Part shown: positions 25,854-39,774 of the stretch, one piece after another
Layout: the number at the start of each line of letters is the position of its first letter
How positions within the stretch are numbered: the stretch's first letter is position 1
Assembly (NCBI RefSeq): GCF_006345805.1
Contig: NC_043003.1
Span: 43,710,001 to 43,774,000, forward strand
From: Octopus sinensis
Taxonomy: Eukaryota
Length of the DNA: 64,000 nt
Reading direction: 5' to 3'
Position numbers and translations under genes: made by a program
Notes under the pieces: model-generated
What the model was told of the DNA's origin: nothing
What the model saw: the letters and a program-made list of their open reading frames with translations, nothing else
Database searches by the model: none

Positions 25854-26789
25854 CATATATATATATATATATACATACATACATACATGCCTACATATAT
25901 GCATACCTACACACACACATATATATATATATATATACGAGAGAGAGAGAGATGCATACATACATATATAAAGACAAACATTCATTCATCCATACATATA
26001 TACAGATGTATAATTTTGTAATACGTGTGGTTTGCATTTTATTATATATTGTATTTGCACTATACACGCACGCACCTATACGGGCATACATACGCCAGTA
26101 CACATTCCTCTGAGATCCAAGCATTTTTGTTTTTCTGTTTTCAAACAATAAATTTCTTGGAATAACGTCAGTGATTCTTCAGCCAGTGAAGATGTAATGA
26201 TATCAGTTTGAATTCCACCCTGGTTCTCTTTTCAATAACTAGGCAATATTTGAATGCTGTAACATATACTGCTCATACTTGGACATTATATTCAAATTTC
26301 AATAGTCATTTGTTTATTTTTACATACGGCTTGTGTAATGGGTTAGTGGAAATTTTAATAGTGTACACGTAGGTTGTCTGTGAATGTCTGCCTGTATAGG
26401 TTTTAATTGTTTCGTCCAGTATATAGCATTTTCGTTCCTCATTGTTGTAAATAGTGTTAAGCCGTTCGGAGGGAGTGACTTTTTTTTTTATTCAGTGTAT
26501 TTAACAAAGTCGTTAAGTAAATAAAACCAATATTTGAAATGAAATTTATTGTGTATTTTCAATAACTTTCGTGTATTTTCAATAACTTTCGTGTATTGTG
26601 TGTACGTTGCGTTGTATTGCTGCTTGTATTCTGCTATATTTTTGTCTATATATTTATTAAAGTATCAGTTGCCGTTTAGTGTTCGTATTATTTGCAATAA
26701 TTTTATCTCTAGTACGTTGTCTGGTAGGTTTATTATGCTGCTCTTTTAAGTGCGGAACTTTTAGCCCACAACTTTGAACTGAAGACAGC

Positions 26790-27240
26790 ATACACCAAAG
26801 GTATCATAATATATGTAGCAACGATCGAGATAAACAGACAATGTTTGCCAATGTCTACATTGGTACATTCAGGAAGATCTGTTGATGCTTCTCAGCCAGT
26901 TTGAAATGACTGAGTAATTTTATGAGTGTTTTACACTCAATATAATTTTCCAATCAGCTAGAGCCGTGCAATCGATATAAGTGGCATTTCAGTCGTCCAC
27001 AAGCATGAAAGAGACGTTTAAAGGAAAGGCCGACTAGAGAAATCGGGCCACCCTGCTCCAGTTGTAGAATTCATAATTTGTTTACATATGCACTACAAGA
27101 ATTCTCTACTGTTCATGTCAAGAACTACTAGCTTACCGTCGGCGTCTGAGAAGATGGACCATGTTTCAATGACCAGACTGTTCGAAACAGCAACGCAACA
27201 TCTCCACTTACTCTTTCGACATCATTGCATCTTCTTGTTG
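26790..27240 (-). mobile_element. L1/Tx1-like LINE apurinic endonuclease (APE) remnant
   Basis: GDVALLFR, DADGKLVVLD, TGAGWPDF, LVDD*NA (LVGDWNA motif), NVPM*T; truncated at 27240 by the left arm of the inverted duplication. Confidence 0.7.
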
Positions 27241-28859
27241 TCACTTGTGCGTGTTGTTCCCTATCTACTTCATTGATTCCGAATTTTTTGTAAGCCTCAC
27301 TTTAATGTTGTTCTCTTATTTAATTCTCTGTATATAATACGTTATTGTTGTTCAGAATTTGTTCACCTATCACCCATTTTATAACATATTGATTTCTCTC
27401 ATAAATTCGCGTATGTTTGTAGTATGCAGCTTGAAATTTGTAATCCACCATATACAAGAGATGATTGTTTGCTTTACCATAAAAATTGTATCTACACCAG
27501 GGTGTACTCATCATGTCGGTTAAATGCGTCATTACCAAACAAAAAAATGAGGGGAGGAGATGTTTCCTTTTCTGCTAAAGGGCATGGGTTTAATTTGTAG
27601 TTGTTTACCATTCACCCATTATATGTTTTATATATTCCTTGCTCGGATGGTATTTCCAGGGCCAACTTCTGTTTCTGATTCCAGTAGACTTGGCGATTAA
27701 CATGTGATTCTAGTAGACTTGGCAGTTTAGATGGGCTTTCTTTCTGTGATTCTGGTGCTGCTGTTGGCTTTATCATCTTTCCATTAAATTTCTCTACCAG
27801 CACATTATGTTTCACTGTTAAATATTTAAACCAAAATGCGGGAGTCATCTGGTATCTTGTACCTTCCAATTGTTTCATTTTTGCAGTACCTGGGTTAATT
27901 CTTCCGTTGATATGGGTATTCAAAGTTATGCAGGTACCGTGTGTGTCATTTTGTTTAATCTCTACAATGGTAGTTCCTTCTCAGCCGACACTCTTTCTTT
28001 GAAATTTTTTTTACTACCTGCACTACGCGCGCTACATTGACATCTATTTTATATTTTACTAAGTTATAGATGGAAATGTTTGGGATTAAAGTTAGATTGC
28101 TTGTATTGTTCAAGGGGTCATTGAATTATCATAGTGACGAATTCCCTGAGATTTGGCGATGATCTCTTGCGTTAGGCGTTTATCATTTTATGTTTCACTG
28201 CAGGTACATCTCGTTTTCTTATATTGTATTTCTGTAGTATGGACTTCCTTTGCCGTTGTTCAGTCGTCAAGTCTTTTAAATGATTTCAGAAAGGACTCAC
28301 ACATTCTTTCTGTTAATGTTTATCATTTTCTGAATATTTCCTTCGTAAGGTTTTTTATTTTTCTGAATATTTGCTATGTAGGTGAATACCATGGAGAATC
28401 CACTTCTCTTCGTGATCCCAGAGGTTGCTACATACATTATTTATTTAACCTTGAAATACTGATGTTTGCTTCTGCTCAAATAAAGTCTGTGATAGCCATA
28501 TTTATGCTTTTTATCGTCGTTGCTATGCCATCATTAGCTACTACTATATTCTTGTTATTAGTGTTATTATTGTAGCTGTCGTTGCTATTTTTGCTGTTGA
28601 TTTTGTCGTTTGGTTAAAAGAGAATCGTGTTGACTCACGTGGGGTTTGTTTACTCTCGTTAATTTTGTTAGAAAGAACCGTACTTCATCGAGTGAAGAAG
28701 GATTCCACTAAACTGTGACGTAAAGAGCACAAAGTTTATACATTTATTTGTGTCGTCTGTGTATTTCTTTTTTCTCGTTGGAAATATGATGACGCTCGTG
28801 CCCACTAATTGACTGAATGAGGAGGTAGAAATAAATTCTTACAGCGCTACGATACGAGC
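27241..28859. repeat. Left arm (1619 bp) of large inverted duplication
   Basis: Reverse complement of 29150-30775 with only scattered indels and substitutions; mirrored ORFs 27612-27923/30165-30404 and 28153-28575/29376-29771. Confidence 0.97.
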
Positions 28860-29149
28860 AATAGTGCTGCTCTTGTCGTAGCCGATGCTGCTAATGATTA
28901 TGATGATGATGATGATGATGATGATGATGTCACTGCTCTTGTTGCGCTTGTTGCTGCTCTCATTACTATTGTTGCTCCTACCTTTGTTTTCGCTTCTGAT
29001 GTGGTTGTTGCTGTCTATTCTATTTTTGTTACTATTACTATCGTGGTATTGTCGTTGTTTGTGTTGTTAAAAGAATTGCCGAAGCCATTGTTATGGTTAT
29101 TGCTGTTCAAATTTCTGTTGCTGCCGTCATGGCTATGCTCTCTCGCGAA

Positions 29150-30775
29150 GCTCGTATCGTAGCGCTGTAAGAATTTATTTCTACCTCCTCATTCAGTCAA
29201 TTAGTGGGCACGAGCGTCATCATATTTCCAACGAGAAAAAAAAAATACACAGACGACACAAATAAATGTATAAACTTTGTGCTCTTTACGTCACAGTTTA
29301 GTGGAATCCTTCTTCACTCGATGAAGTACGGTTCTTTCTAACAAAAATTAACGAGAGTAAACAAACCCACGTGAGTCAACACGATTCTCTTTTAAACCAA
29401 ACGACAAAATCAACAGCAAAAATAGCAACGACAGCTACAATAATAACACTAATAACAAGAATATTAGTAGTAGCTAATGATGGCATAGCAACGACGATAA
29501 AAAGCATAAATATGGCTATCACAGACTTTATTTGAGCAGAAGCAAACATCAGTATTTCAAGGTTAAATAAATAATGTATGTAGCAACCTCTGGGATCACG
29601 AAGAGAAGTGGATTCTCCATGGTATTCACCTACATAGCAAATATTCAGAAAAATAAAAAACCTTACGAAGGAAATATTCAGAAAATGATAAACATTAACA
29701 GAAAGAATGTGTGAGTCCTTTCTGAAATCATTTAAAAGACTTGACGACTGAACAACGGCAAAGGAAGTCAAATACTACAGAAATACAATATAAGAAAACG
29801 AGATGTACCTGCAGTGAAACATAAAATGATAAACGCCTAACGCAAGAGATCATCGCCAAATCTCAGGGAATTCGTCACTATGATAATTCAAATGACCCCT
29901 TGAACAATACAAGCAATCTAACTTTAATCCCAAACATTTCCATCTATAACTTAGTAAAATATAAAATAGATGTCAATGTAGCGCGCGTAGTGCAGGTAGT
30001 AAAAAAATTTCAAAGAAAGAGTGTCGGCTGAGAAGGAACTACCATTGTAGAGATTAAACAAAATGACACACACGGTACCTGCATAACTTTGAATACCCAT
30101 ATCAACGGAAGAATTAACCCAGGTACTGCAAAAATGAAACAATTGGAAGGTACAAAGATACCAGATGACTCCCGCATTTTGGTTTAAATATTTAACAGTG
30201 AAACATAATGTGCTGGTAGAGAAATTTAATGGAAAGATGATAAAGCCAACAGCAGCACCAGAATCACAGAAAGAAAGCCCATCTAAACTGCCAAGTCTAC
30301 TAGAATCACATGTTAATCGCCAAGTCTACTGGAATCAGAAACAGAAGTTGGCCCTGGAAATACCATCCACGAGCAAGGGAATATATAAAACATATAATGG
30401 GTGAATGGTAAACAACTACAAATTAAACCCATGCCCTTTAGCAGAAAAGGAAACATCTCGCTCCTCATTTTTTTGTTTGGTAATGACGCATTTAACCGAC
30501 ATGATGAGTACACCCGGGTGTAGATACAATTTTTATGGTAAAGCAAACAATCATCTCTTGTATATGGTGGATTACAAATTTCAAGCTGCATACTACAAAC
30601 AATACGCGAATTTATGAGAGAAATCAATATGTTATAAAATGGGTGATAGGTGAACAAATTCTGAACAACAATAACGTATTATATACAGAGAATTAAATAA
30701 GAGAACAACATTAAAGTGAGGCTTACAAAAAATTCGGAATCAATGAAGTAGATAGGGAACAACACGCACAAGTGA
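29150..30775. repeat. Right arm (1626 bp) of large inverted duplication
   Basis: See left arm; spacer 28860-29149. Confidence 0.97.
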
Positions 30776-30994
30776 AAGAGAAACTAACAAATATTACAAA
30801 CGAATTATATTAAATCTTAAAACAGCACTAAATGCGAAACTAACTTAATACAGATCATTAGTTGTCCCAGTTATGAGTTACAATTAAAATATTCTTGACT
30901 GGACTCTAAATGAGCCAGTAAAATTGAAGAAGAAAACGAAAGTTGACATAGAAATGTTATATATAAACAAACTGAAGGCAATAGACACCTTATT
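30095..30994 (+). mobile_element. RLE LINE family A, RT region (5' part; interrupted by mariner)
   Basis: PISTEELTQVLQK*NNWK...FWFKYLT; NHLLYMVDYK (YMDD-like); EAYKKFGINE; ILDWTLNE; DIEMLYI..EGNRHL. Confidence 0.75.
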
Positions 30995-32265
30995 CGAAAG
31001 TAACCTTAAAAGTTCATAGGCTGCCAATAAAGGAGTGATGCTGGAGCTGTGAAATTTTGCTTGCATTAATTTCTTTGCCTCTTATTAAAACCTGCATTGT
31101 TTCTTTCTAGGTAAACTGATATATGACTGTTCAAAAAGACTTTAAAATAACTAGTAGCGACTTTGCTTGGAATTTGACGAAATTTGGTGTCGTTGTGTTA
31201 TCACGTACTTCCAAAGAAATGATTTAGTCCCTAAGCAAATTAATGCTGACAGGACTGATACATTACGAGATGATTTCCCGACTTTATCAACAATACAAAA
31301 GTGGGAAGCTGAATTTATGACGTGAACGGTGAGTTTTGATGATGACCCAAAATCTGGACGTCCTACAATTGCAAACGCCGAGGAAAACATTGATCATGTT
31401 CATCACATGTTAAAGGATTCCAGAGGATTGACTATAAATCAAGTAGCTGATGATATTAGAATATCCTATGAGAGAGTTGAGAATATTCTGCACAATGAAC
31501 TTGGCATGACGAATGTTTCTGCTCGGTAGGTGCCATGTCTACTGATATCTCATCAAAAGTGCAACAGGCTGATCAAATCACAGAAAAATATTTGCGGCTG
31601 ATCTAACTGCTTTCTTTGAATGTTTCCTAACCTAGGACGAGTGTTTGGTTCACCAATTTCAGCCAAAGGCAAAGAGAAAACCCGTGAAGTGGAAACATCC
31701 TCTCCTCACCTGCTCCAAAGAAGGCCAAGAGGTTTTCATCTGCGGGGCAAATAATGGCATCAGCTTTTTGGGATGCGAAGGCATTTTGTATATTGACTAT
31801 CTTCAAAATTGCCACACCATAAATGAAGTGTATTATGCCAAATTTCGGAAGCAGTTACAAAAGACTATCAAGACTAAACGGCCAGGAAAACTGACGGAAG
31901 TGGTGTTGTTTTATCAGGGCAATTCTCCAGCTTACAATTCGTTGGTTTCCATGGTTGTTGTGCATGACTGTGGCTTTACATTGTCGATAGCTCTCCCTAT
32001 TCTCATGATTTCCCCACCATTCCAAAACAATAAGCTGGAAGCCAGTATCGCAGTCATGGAGACGTCAAATGTATTGTTTTTATCTATAGTAACTTTTTTA
32101 TTTACATGATGAAAGCTTCTCCACTAATGAGATTCAAGCACTACAAAACCAATAGAAGAAAATGTGTGGAATGTAAAGGGGGCTATTTTGAAATATAAAG
32201 CTGCTCATTTAATCATATTCCATGAGAATATCTCGGTCAGCTAATAAACTTTCAGTCGACCCTGG
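30995..32265 (+). mobile_element. Full-length (1271 bp) degenerate mariner transposon
   Basis: Pseudo-ORF ~31173-32198: DDDPKSGRP, NELGMTNVSAR*VP, WKHP, GILYIDYLQ, LFYQGNSPAY, KGGYFEI*. TIRs cgaaagtaaccttaaaagttcataggctgcc and ggtcagctaataaactttcagtcgaccctgg; TA at 32266-32267, TT (mutated TA) at 30993-30994. Confidence 0.9.
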
Positions 32266-32535
32266 TACAACTAGAAAATTAATAGAAAATATTAACCAAA
32301 GGACTGCAATAATACCGAATTCAGAATCAAGGAAAACTTATACAAGTAGCCACAAAGTATCTACAAAATTAAAGAAAAAATGTTTTTTGTCTTTAACGAA
32401 GCCGGAAAAGCGCAAAGCTGATAGATATAAAAAAGAACAAAAACAAAACAAAAAAAGTAAGAGCAAATGTTCTTAAAACATGAAATAGAAAATGCCACGA
32501 TAAAACGTTGGCAAGAAAAGCCCTTACCTGTCAAA
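32266..32535 (+). mobile_element. RLE LINE family A, continuation after the mariner
   Basis: (I)QLEN**KILTKGLQ*...QGKLIQVATK...ADRYKKE...IKRWQEKPL. Confidence 0.75.
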
Positions 32536-32544
32536 TGCTAGAAT

Positions 32545-33590
32545 AAGAAGAGCGATAGCGTCAAGGAGGGGGCGTTATGGAGCAGATAAAAGAGCCGGGA
32601 TAATTGGGGATATTAGAAATGGATAAATGGATGGAGAAAGAAATGAGAGAAAAAATTAGGGTGGAGTAATTGCGCAAACTGAAACTGATCTGTAAGTCGA
32701 AATTAATCGAACGGAATACGATTCATGTTATCAACAATTGGGCGGTTTCACATCTCAGATATGGAACAGGTGTAATCACATGGACAGTAGAGAAACAAAG
32801 CAGCTTAGACAGAAAGACAAGGAAGTTGCTGATTAGATATGGGATACCAAAAAGTGACAGACAGATTGTATGTACCAAGAAAAAGAGAAGAGGACTGATC
32901 GGATGCGAACACAGCATTAGAGCAGAAGAAAACCACATAGCCTGGCATGTCAAAAATGCGATAGAACCGCTATTATTTGGAAAGAAGAAGATCAGTTTTG
33001 TGTAGGATGAAAGATTGCAAAGATAAAGCACTGTACAAGCACTTGAGAATGAATGAAACTGAAAAAGAAAAGATTGCATGGACAATTTCATAGGGATGTT
33101 GAAGATAAAATGGATATGAATGACTAAAAGAGAAAAAATGCCTATGGATAACTAAAAGTGATTTAAAACCAGAAACGGAGGCTCTAAACTGTGCTGCCTA
33201 AGTGCAAACATTAAGACCCAATCACATCAAATACAGAATAGACAACACACCAGAAAGTGCTAAGGGCAGAGTTTGTGGACAAAATGGTGAAACCGTATGG
33301 CATATTACCAGTCATTGTACGCCACTAGCCCAGAAAGAATATAAGAGACGTCATGACAATATAGCAAGGATTGTCCATTGGACACTTTGCAACAAGTATG
33401 GACTTGACAGTAAAAAATTGGTACGAACGTAAAACCGAAGGCATCATCGAAAAGGATAATGCAAAGATCCTATGGGATTTTATGATTCAGTGCGACCATG
33501 GGATAAAATATATGGGAAAGAAAGAAAACGATGCTGGATGGTAGACATAGCATTCCCAGCTGACAAGTTATGCGATAAGTAGTTGTGTTC
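32545..33590 (+). mobile_element. RLE LINE family B, internal fragment
   Basis: LGILEMDK..KLICKSKL..WAVSHLRYGTG..LDRKTRK; LRPNHIKYRIDNTPES..CGQNGETVWHITSHCTPLAQKEYKRRHDNIARIVHW; ILWDFMIQCDH; ends at a microsatellite. Confidence 0.85.
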
Positions 33591-33624
33591 GATGAGCTAT
33601 TGCTGCTGCTGCTACTACTGCTGT

Positions 33625-33666
<42 letters not shown>

Positions 33667-33686
33667 ACTACTACTACTACTACTAC

Positions 33687-33775
<89 letters not shown>

Positions 33776-33784
33776 GTAATGATG

Positions 33785-33866
<82 letters not shown>

Positions 33867-33928
33867 GGATGATGATGATGATAATAATAATAATAATAAT
33901 AATAATATAATAATAATAATAATAATCA
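33590..33928. repeat. Compound TGC/TAC/AAT/GAT microsatellite
   Basis: Direct reading. Confidence 0.95.
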
Positions 33929-34928
33929 TATTCAGGGATCTTATCAGATGGGTAGTCATGGTGGATATATAGGGCTTCGAATACTTTTGTACTTCGGTGT
34001 CACCTCAATGGCATGCGCTGGTCTCTCACTCGATAAAATTGATAATAATAAACATTCAACTGCAGGATCAAGGCTTAAAGGTTTGGTGGAGGACCTAGTC
34101 GATTTCTTCAATCCCAGTCCTTGTATGTACATTTAAGTACTTAACCTGCAGCTCCACAGTACTATAAGCGTGAAAGGAAACGTAAATTCAATAGTACATG
34201 GAAAACTAATCTATATGTATAAGTTACCATCAACAAAACTAGTAAGATGCCTGAGTCTGTAAGTGATATTTACGTTATTTTATTCAAATTAGTGTGCATG
34301 CTCTGAGTGTATACTCAGTGTGTGTGTGTGTGAGAAAAAGAGATAGATAGATAGATAGATAGATAGACAGATAGTGCGTGTGTTTCTAATTTTAATGACA
34401 CCCAGTTTTATTCTTGAGGTTATGCACGTATATAAATACAGAAAACTTAGTTCTCCCGCACACATTACGTTCCATCATACGCAAACGCACAAAGATTACT
34501 GTTTATCAGTTACTGGGTACAGGGAATCGAAGAATGAAAAAGGGGCCTATGATTATTGGTTAGGCCCCATCTTATATAAAAAGCTAAATATCTACAAATT
34601 TTAAGGGAGATTCACTTCTGCATCTGAACTTGTTTCTTCCTCCTTGCTAAATTTCTCTCAATTGCACTGCATAAGCATATACCATTATCAAAGATTTTCC
34701 ACGTGTATAAACAATGCAACAGGTACATACTTGCTCTCTTTCAGTATTTCTCTTTTTTTTTCCATCAGTCGTTGAATTAATCGATCAATTAAACAATGAA
34801 AGAAACGATATCTATCTATCTATCAATCTATCTGTCTGTCTATCTATATAATTTCAGTTGTGGTACAGTATTGTCCAATAATCTGATATGATATAATATG
34901 ACATAATGTGATATATATATATATATAT

Positions 34929-35068
34929 ACCGGAGTAAACACATAAATGTGAAACAAGGTGGAAAAAAGAGTACTCAAATACCAGTGGTAGAGTAACTGT
35001 CTGATGAACGGCAACGAGAAACTCAGAGTAACAGATTCTGTTGAATTTTCTGCTGCTTTAAATAAAGT
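34929..35068 (+). mobile_element. Internally deleted copy of the (TA)n-flanked hammerhead repeat
   Basis: Same ~65-nt leader and same ...ctgctgct..aaataaagTATA end as 18471-18697. Confidence 0.8.
34997..35034 (+). ncRNA. Minimal type I hammerhead ribozyme motif, canonical core
   Basis: CTGT-CTGATGA-ACG GCAA CGA-GAAA-CTC A GAG-TA-ACAG: CUGAUGA, GAAA and GUA intact, stem I 4 bp, GNRA loop II, single A.A mismatch at the base of stem II; predicted cleavage 3' of 35030. Confidence 0.7.
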
Positions 35069-35076
35069 ATATATAC

Positions 35077-35283
<207 letters not shown>

Positions 35284-35296
35284 ATATGTTTATGTG

Positions 35297-35375
<79 letters not shown>

Positions 35376-35377
35376 CA

Positions 35378-35729
<352 letters not shown>

Positions 35730-37459
35730 ATATACATATATCATTTATATGTGTGAATTTCTTAAAAGTTATGTGAAAGCCAGTCACGATTATAAGTATG
35801 TGTGTATGTATATATGTACTTGTATGAACGTTTGTATGTATATATATGTTCGTGTTTGCGCTCGCGTGAGCATGGATGGATGTATGTAAGCGTGTACTAT
35901 GTACTGCTCCGGTTACCATTTTTAATACTTATGCAAAATCTGTATATGTAACGGAAGTGTTAAATGTGAAATAAGGCACTGTGATCAATATCTACAGGTA
36001 AACCCTTCACGGATGTTTCTATTGACAGGAATGAGTAAAATAATAATAAATTCTCACAAATTATTTAAGTTTCGTAATTTAAAATAACAAATATAAAATA
36101 ATAATAAGCAACAGAAAAGTTTATGAAAAACGTTTCCATACGATATCTTGATGTGCTAGGAATAGATACCAAATCTTCCTTAGATCATACCCTGTATTTT
36201 TTTTTTTTCATAATCATTTTTGTCGACAGAAAAGAAAAAAAAAAGAAGAACCCATGACGCGAAGAAAGAATATGCTCGAAAAAGGAAAGTGTTATAGGTT
36301 GGATTTCGAAAGAAATGAAGGACACATTAGCACTAAGGAACATGATGATGATGATGATGATGATGATAATGATAAAAAAGTTAAGGAGGTGGAGTAGAAG
36401 GAGGAAGTCTGAAGCATCGGCGGCGTCGGTGGTGGTGGTGGCGATGTTGGTGGTGGTGTTGGTGTTGATGACGATGGACATGATGATGATGATGATGATG
36501 ATGATGGTGATGATGATGGTGATTGGCAGGGTTGGTGTTGATGGTGATAATGATGACGACAACGTTGCGAGCGACAGCGGTATTGATGGTAAATGAATAA
36601 ATAAATAGATAAATAAATGCAACAGAGCCATCATGGTTGATATACCTCTGGTCATAGGTCTCTTCGTTCGTGTTTCAACTGGGGCGAAACACAACTAAAA
36701 CAGCAGCAGCACCAGCAACAACAACAATAGCAATAGCAACAACATGAACAACAACATCGACTACTCTCTCTCTCTCTCTTTTTCTTTTTCAACGTCTATT
36801 CATTCATCCATCATATGTACATTTAGCTAACATCTTCACACACAACACACACACACATATATACCGATAAGCTCAGGTACACGCATCAACATACGCCCCA
36901 ATATATAGTTTGTCTCCCGTTTTCTCTCCTTTACTCTCTCTCTCTCTTTCTCTCTCTCTCTTTCACATACTCTTTCACTATCGTTATCTATATACACACA
37001 CTACACATTCTTATAGAGCAATAAGCGAGAGAGAGAGAGAGAGAGAGAGATAGGGACAGAGAGAAAGAGAGAGGCGGAGTGTGTGTGAAAGAGAGAGCGT
37101 GACAGAGAAACTGAGAAAGAGAGAGAGAGAGAGAGTGAGAGAGAAAGTGATAGGCAGATAGATGTATATAAATCTGTTGACTGTAACGAAGACCTCGAAG
37201 TTCTAACGCTAATAAACACTATAAGAAAATGAATTATATACTTGAAGGTACATACACACATACATACATACAAGCATACATACATACATACATACATATA
37301 TATATACATACATAAATACGCACATAAATACATGAATGCATGCATACATACATACAAGCATACATACATGCATACAATCATACATACATATACATATACA
37401 TATATATAGTCCACCCCACAGACACGCACACAAATATATAGTAGATAGATGATTTAATA

Positions 37460-37503
<44 letters not shown>

Positions 37504-37676
37504 CCTACGTATGTGTATGCATATATGTGTGTGTGTCAGTCTATGTATGTTTGTATGTATGACTATAATTTTGAGATTATTTACATATATTATTATATAT
37601 AAATTTATTTACTCTGCTATGTATTGAGTACCTTATTTACTGTGGTTAACCCCGACTCAACCCGGGACCTACATAT

Positions 37677-37707
<31 letters not shown>

Positions 37708-37756
37708 ATATATATATATATGCTATATATATATATGTATATATATATATATGTAA

Positions 37757-37832
<76 letters not shown>

Positions 37833-38069
37833 TTTACATATACATACACACACACACACACACATATTTATGATAACTTTATATGCATGCATAAATATAT
37901 GTATATAGCTGTCTGTGTTTATGTATACGAGTACGAGTGTGTGTATACGTAGAACATTCACACACAAACACATATATATATATACACACATACCCTTATA
38001 TGAATGCGTGAATGAATGGGTGGATGAATGGATGGATGGATGAATGAATGGATGGATGGATTGGTTGGT

Positions 38070-38720
38070 GATTAGTGAATGCATGCGCTCGTGTGTGTGT
38101 GTGTACGTGTATGCATGTGTGTGCGTATATGTGTATCTGTCTGTGTAAGATCATATGTATGTTGTACATATGGCCAAAATTGAAGTATAAATCTGAAATT
38201 CTCCTGGCGTGTAATCGGAGCTGGTGGCTTATCGCGGTGGGAGTAGTAACGCTCTCTGAGTTTGTGTCGGAGTTTCGTGTTCATGGTGATAGAGTTACAA
38301 GTATAAACTGTAGTCATAGCATATGAGCTACACGTGTGCGTGAGTGCATAGAGGCGTGTGAGTGTGCATGTGCGCGGAGAAAAATTAGTGCCGTGTATAC
38401 TGTGTGCGTGTGTGTGTGCGCGAGTGTTTGTGTGTTTGTGTGTTTGTGTGTGCGTGTGTGCGTGTATGTATCCGTGTGCATGTGTATGTGAGTGTGTTTT
38501 TGTGTGTGTGTGTGTGTGTTTTGTGTATGTGTGTGCATGTGTAACTCTGTGTGTATGTGTGTATGTGGTCATATGTGTCTATGTGTAAATCTATGTGTGT
38601 ACGTGTGTAACTCCGAATGTGTGTGTACGTGTGTGACTCCAAATGTATGTGTGTGTGTGTGTGTGTATTCCCGTGTTTGTGTGTGTGTGTATGTATGTAT
38701 ATGTTGTTCTGACTATATGT
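38070..38720. repeat. Degenerate (GT)n-rich block
   Basis: Direct reading. Confidence 0.85.
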
Positions 38721-39725
38721 GCGTTACAGGTAGAAGGAGTAAAGAAAATATGATAGATTCACCAGAATGAATAGTATTTTGGCGAGGAAGTTGAAAGGAA
38801 GGAAGATAACAGGGGTGACGGTATTGGATGAAAGGAAGGATAGAAGAAAGAAAATAAAAGAGCGAAGGAGTTGGGAGAAATGAAATGAAGAAGGGCGGAG
38901 GGAAGAAAGGAGAGAGAGAGAGATGAGGAGAGAGAGAGAGAGAGAAATGGGGAGAGAGAAAGAGAGGGAGAGATCAATCAATGTGAGGAGAGCGAAAGAG
39001 TAGAAGTGGTAAATTGAGAATAGATGTTAAGAGAAGGTAAGAGTAGAGGAGGGATGAAGAAGGCGTGACTAGTCGCACTAATTATGACTAGCCGTGAGTG
39101 AATATATTTCTCCAACATGGATTTTCTAAAACAAGAGTAAGAAGAAAAATCTTTGCGTAGCGTCGATTGTGATAAAATAACTCAGAGGTCGGTTTGGTCG
39201 GCTTTGTGTATGGAATATAAATATGTTTGAGTAAAAAGAAATATACGGCAGATGTAAAGAAAAGTAAGGCACAAACGATACAAAGAAAAGAAAGAGAGAA
39301 GAGAGATAGAGAGAGAGAGAGATAGAGAGAGAAAAACTAACAGCAGAAAAGTAACAACGGAAAGAAAAAATTTTGAAAGAGAGAAGGAAAGAAAGATAAG
39401 CAGCGAAGTTAAAGGAATGGCAGAGTGAAATATACAAATAAGAGTGAAATATACAAATAACCGCGAGAATGAGAAGTGAAAACAACGGATTACGATTTAT
39501 TTACTCGAAACATGGAATTTATCGGTGTGTCTTTTGCAGTTCCTTAACCTTTTATTTATAGTTTTTTTTTTAATACATATTTTACCGAAATATCAACAAA
39601 ACAACAACCTCAGTAAACGAATCAAACATACCAAGATATAAAAAAAACCCCACAATATCTAAATAACCAACAAGTTAATGATTAATTTAAATATACTTTG
39701 TATAAACGAGAGCAAAAGTTTTTTT

Positions 39726-39774
<49 letters not shown>

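Noticed and set aside
26160-26480. Possible second GIY-YIG remnant on the minus strand
   Set aside because: Only scattered short matches (YTG, IHRQ, KENQ) across different frames; too weak to call.
26551-26597. 20-bp direct repeat; any CRISPR-like array
   Set aside because: Only two adjacent copies with no spacers, in eukaryotic DNA; a simple slippage duplication.
28153-29771. Twin 131-140 aa hydrophobic ORFs on opposite strands
   Set aside because: They are by-products of the inverted duplication and T-rich low-complexity sequence; no domain signature.
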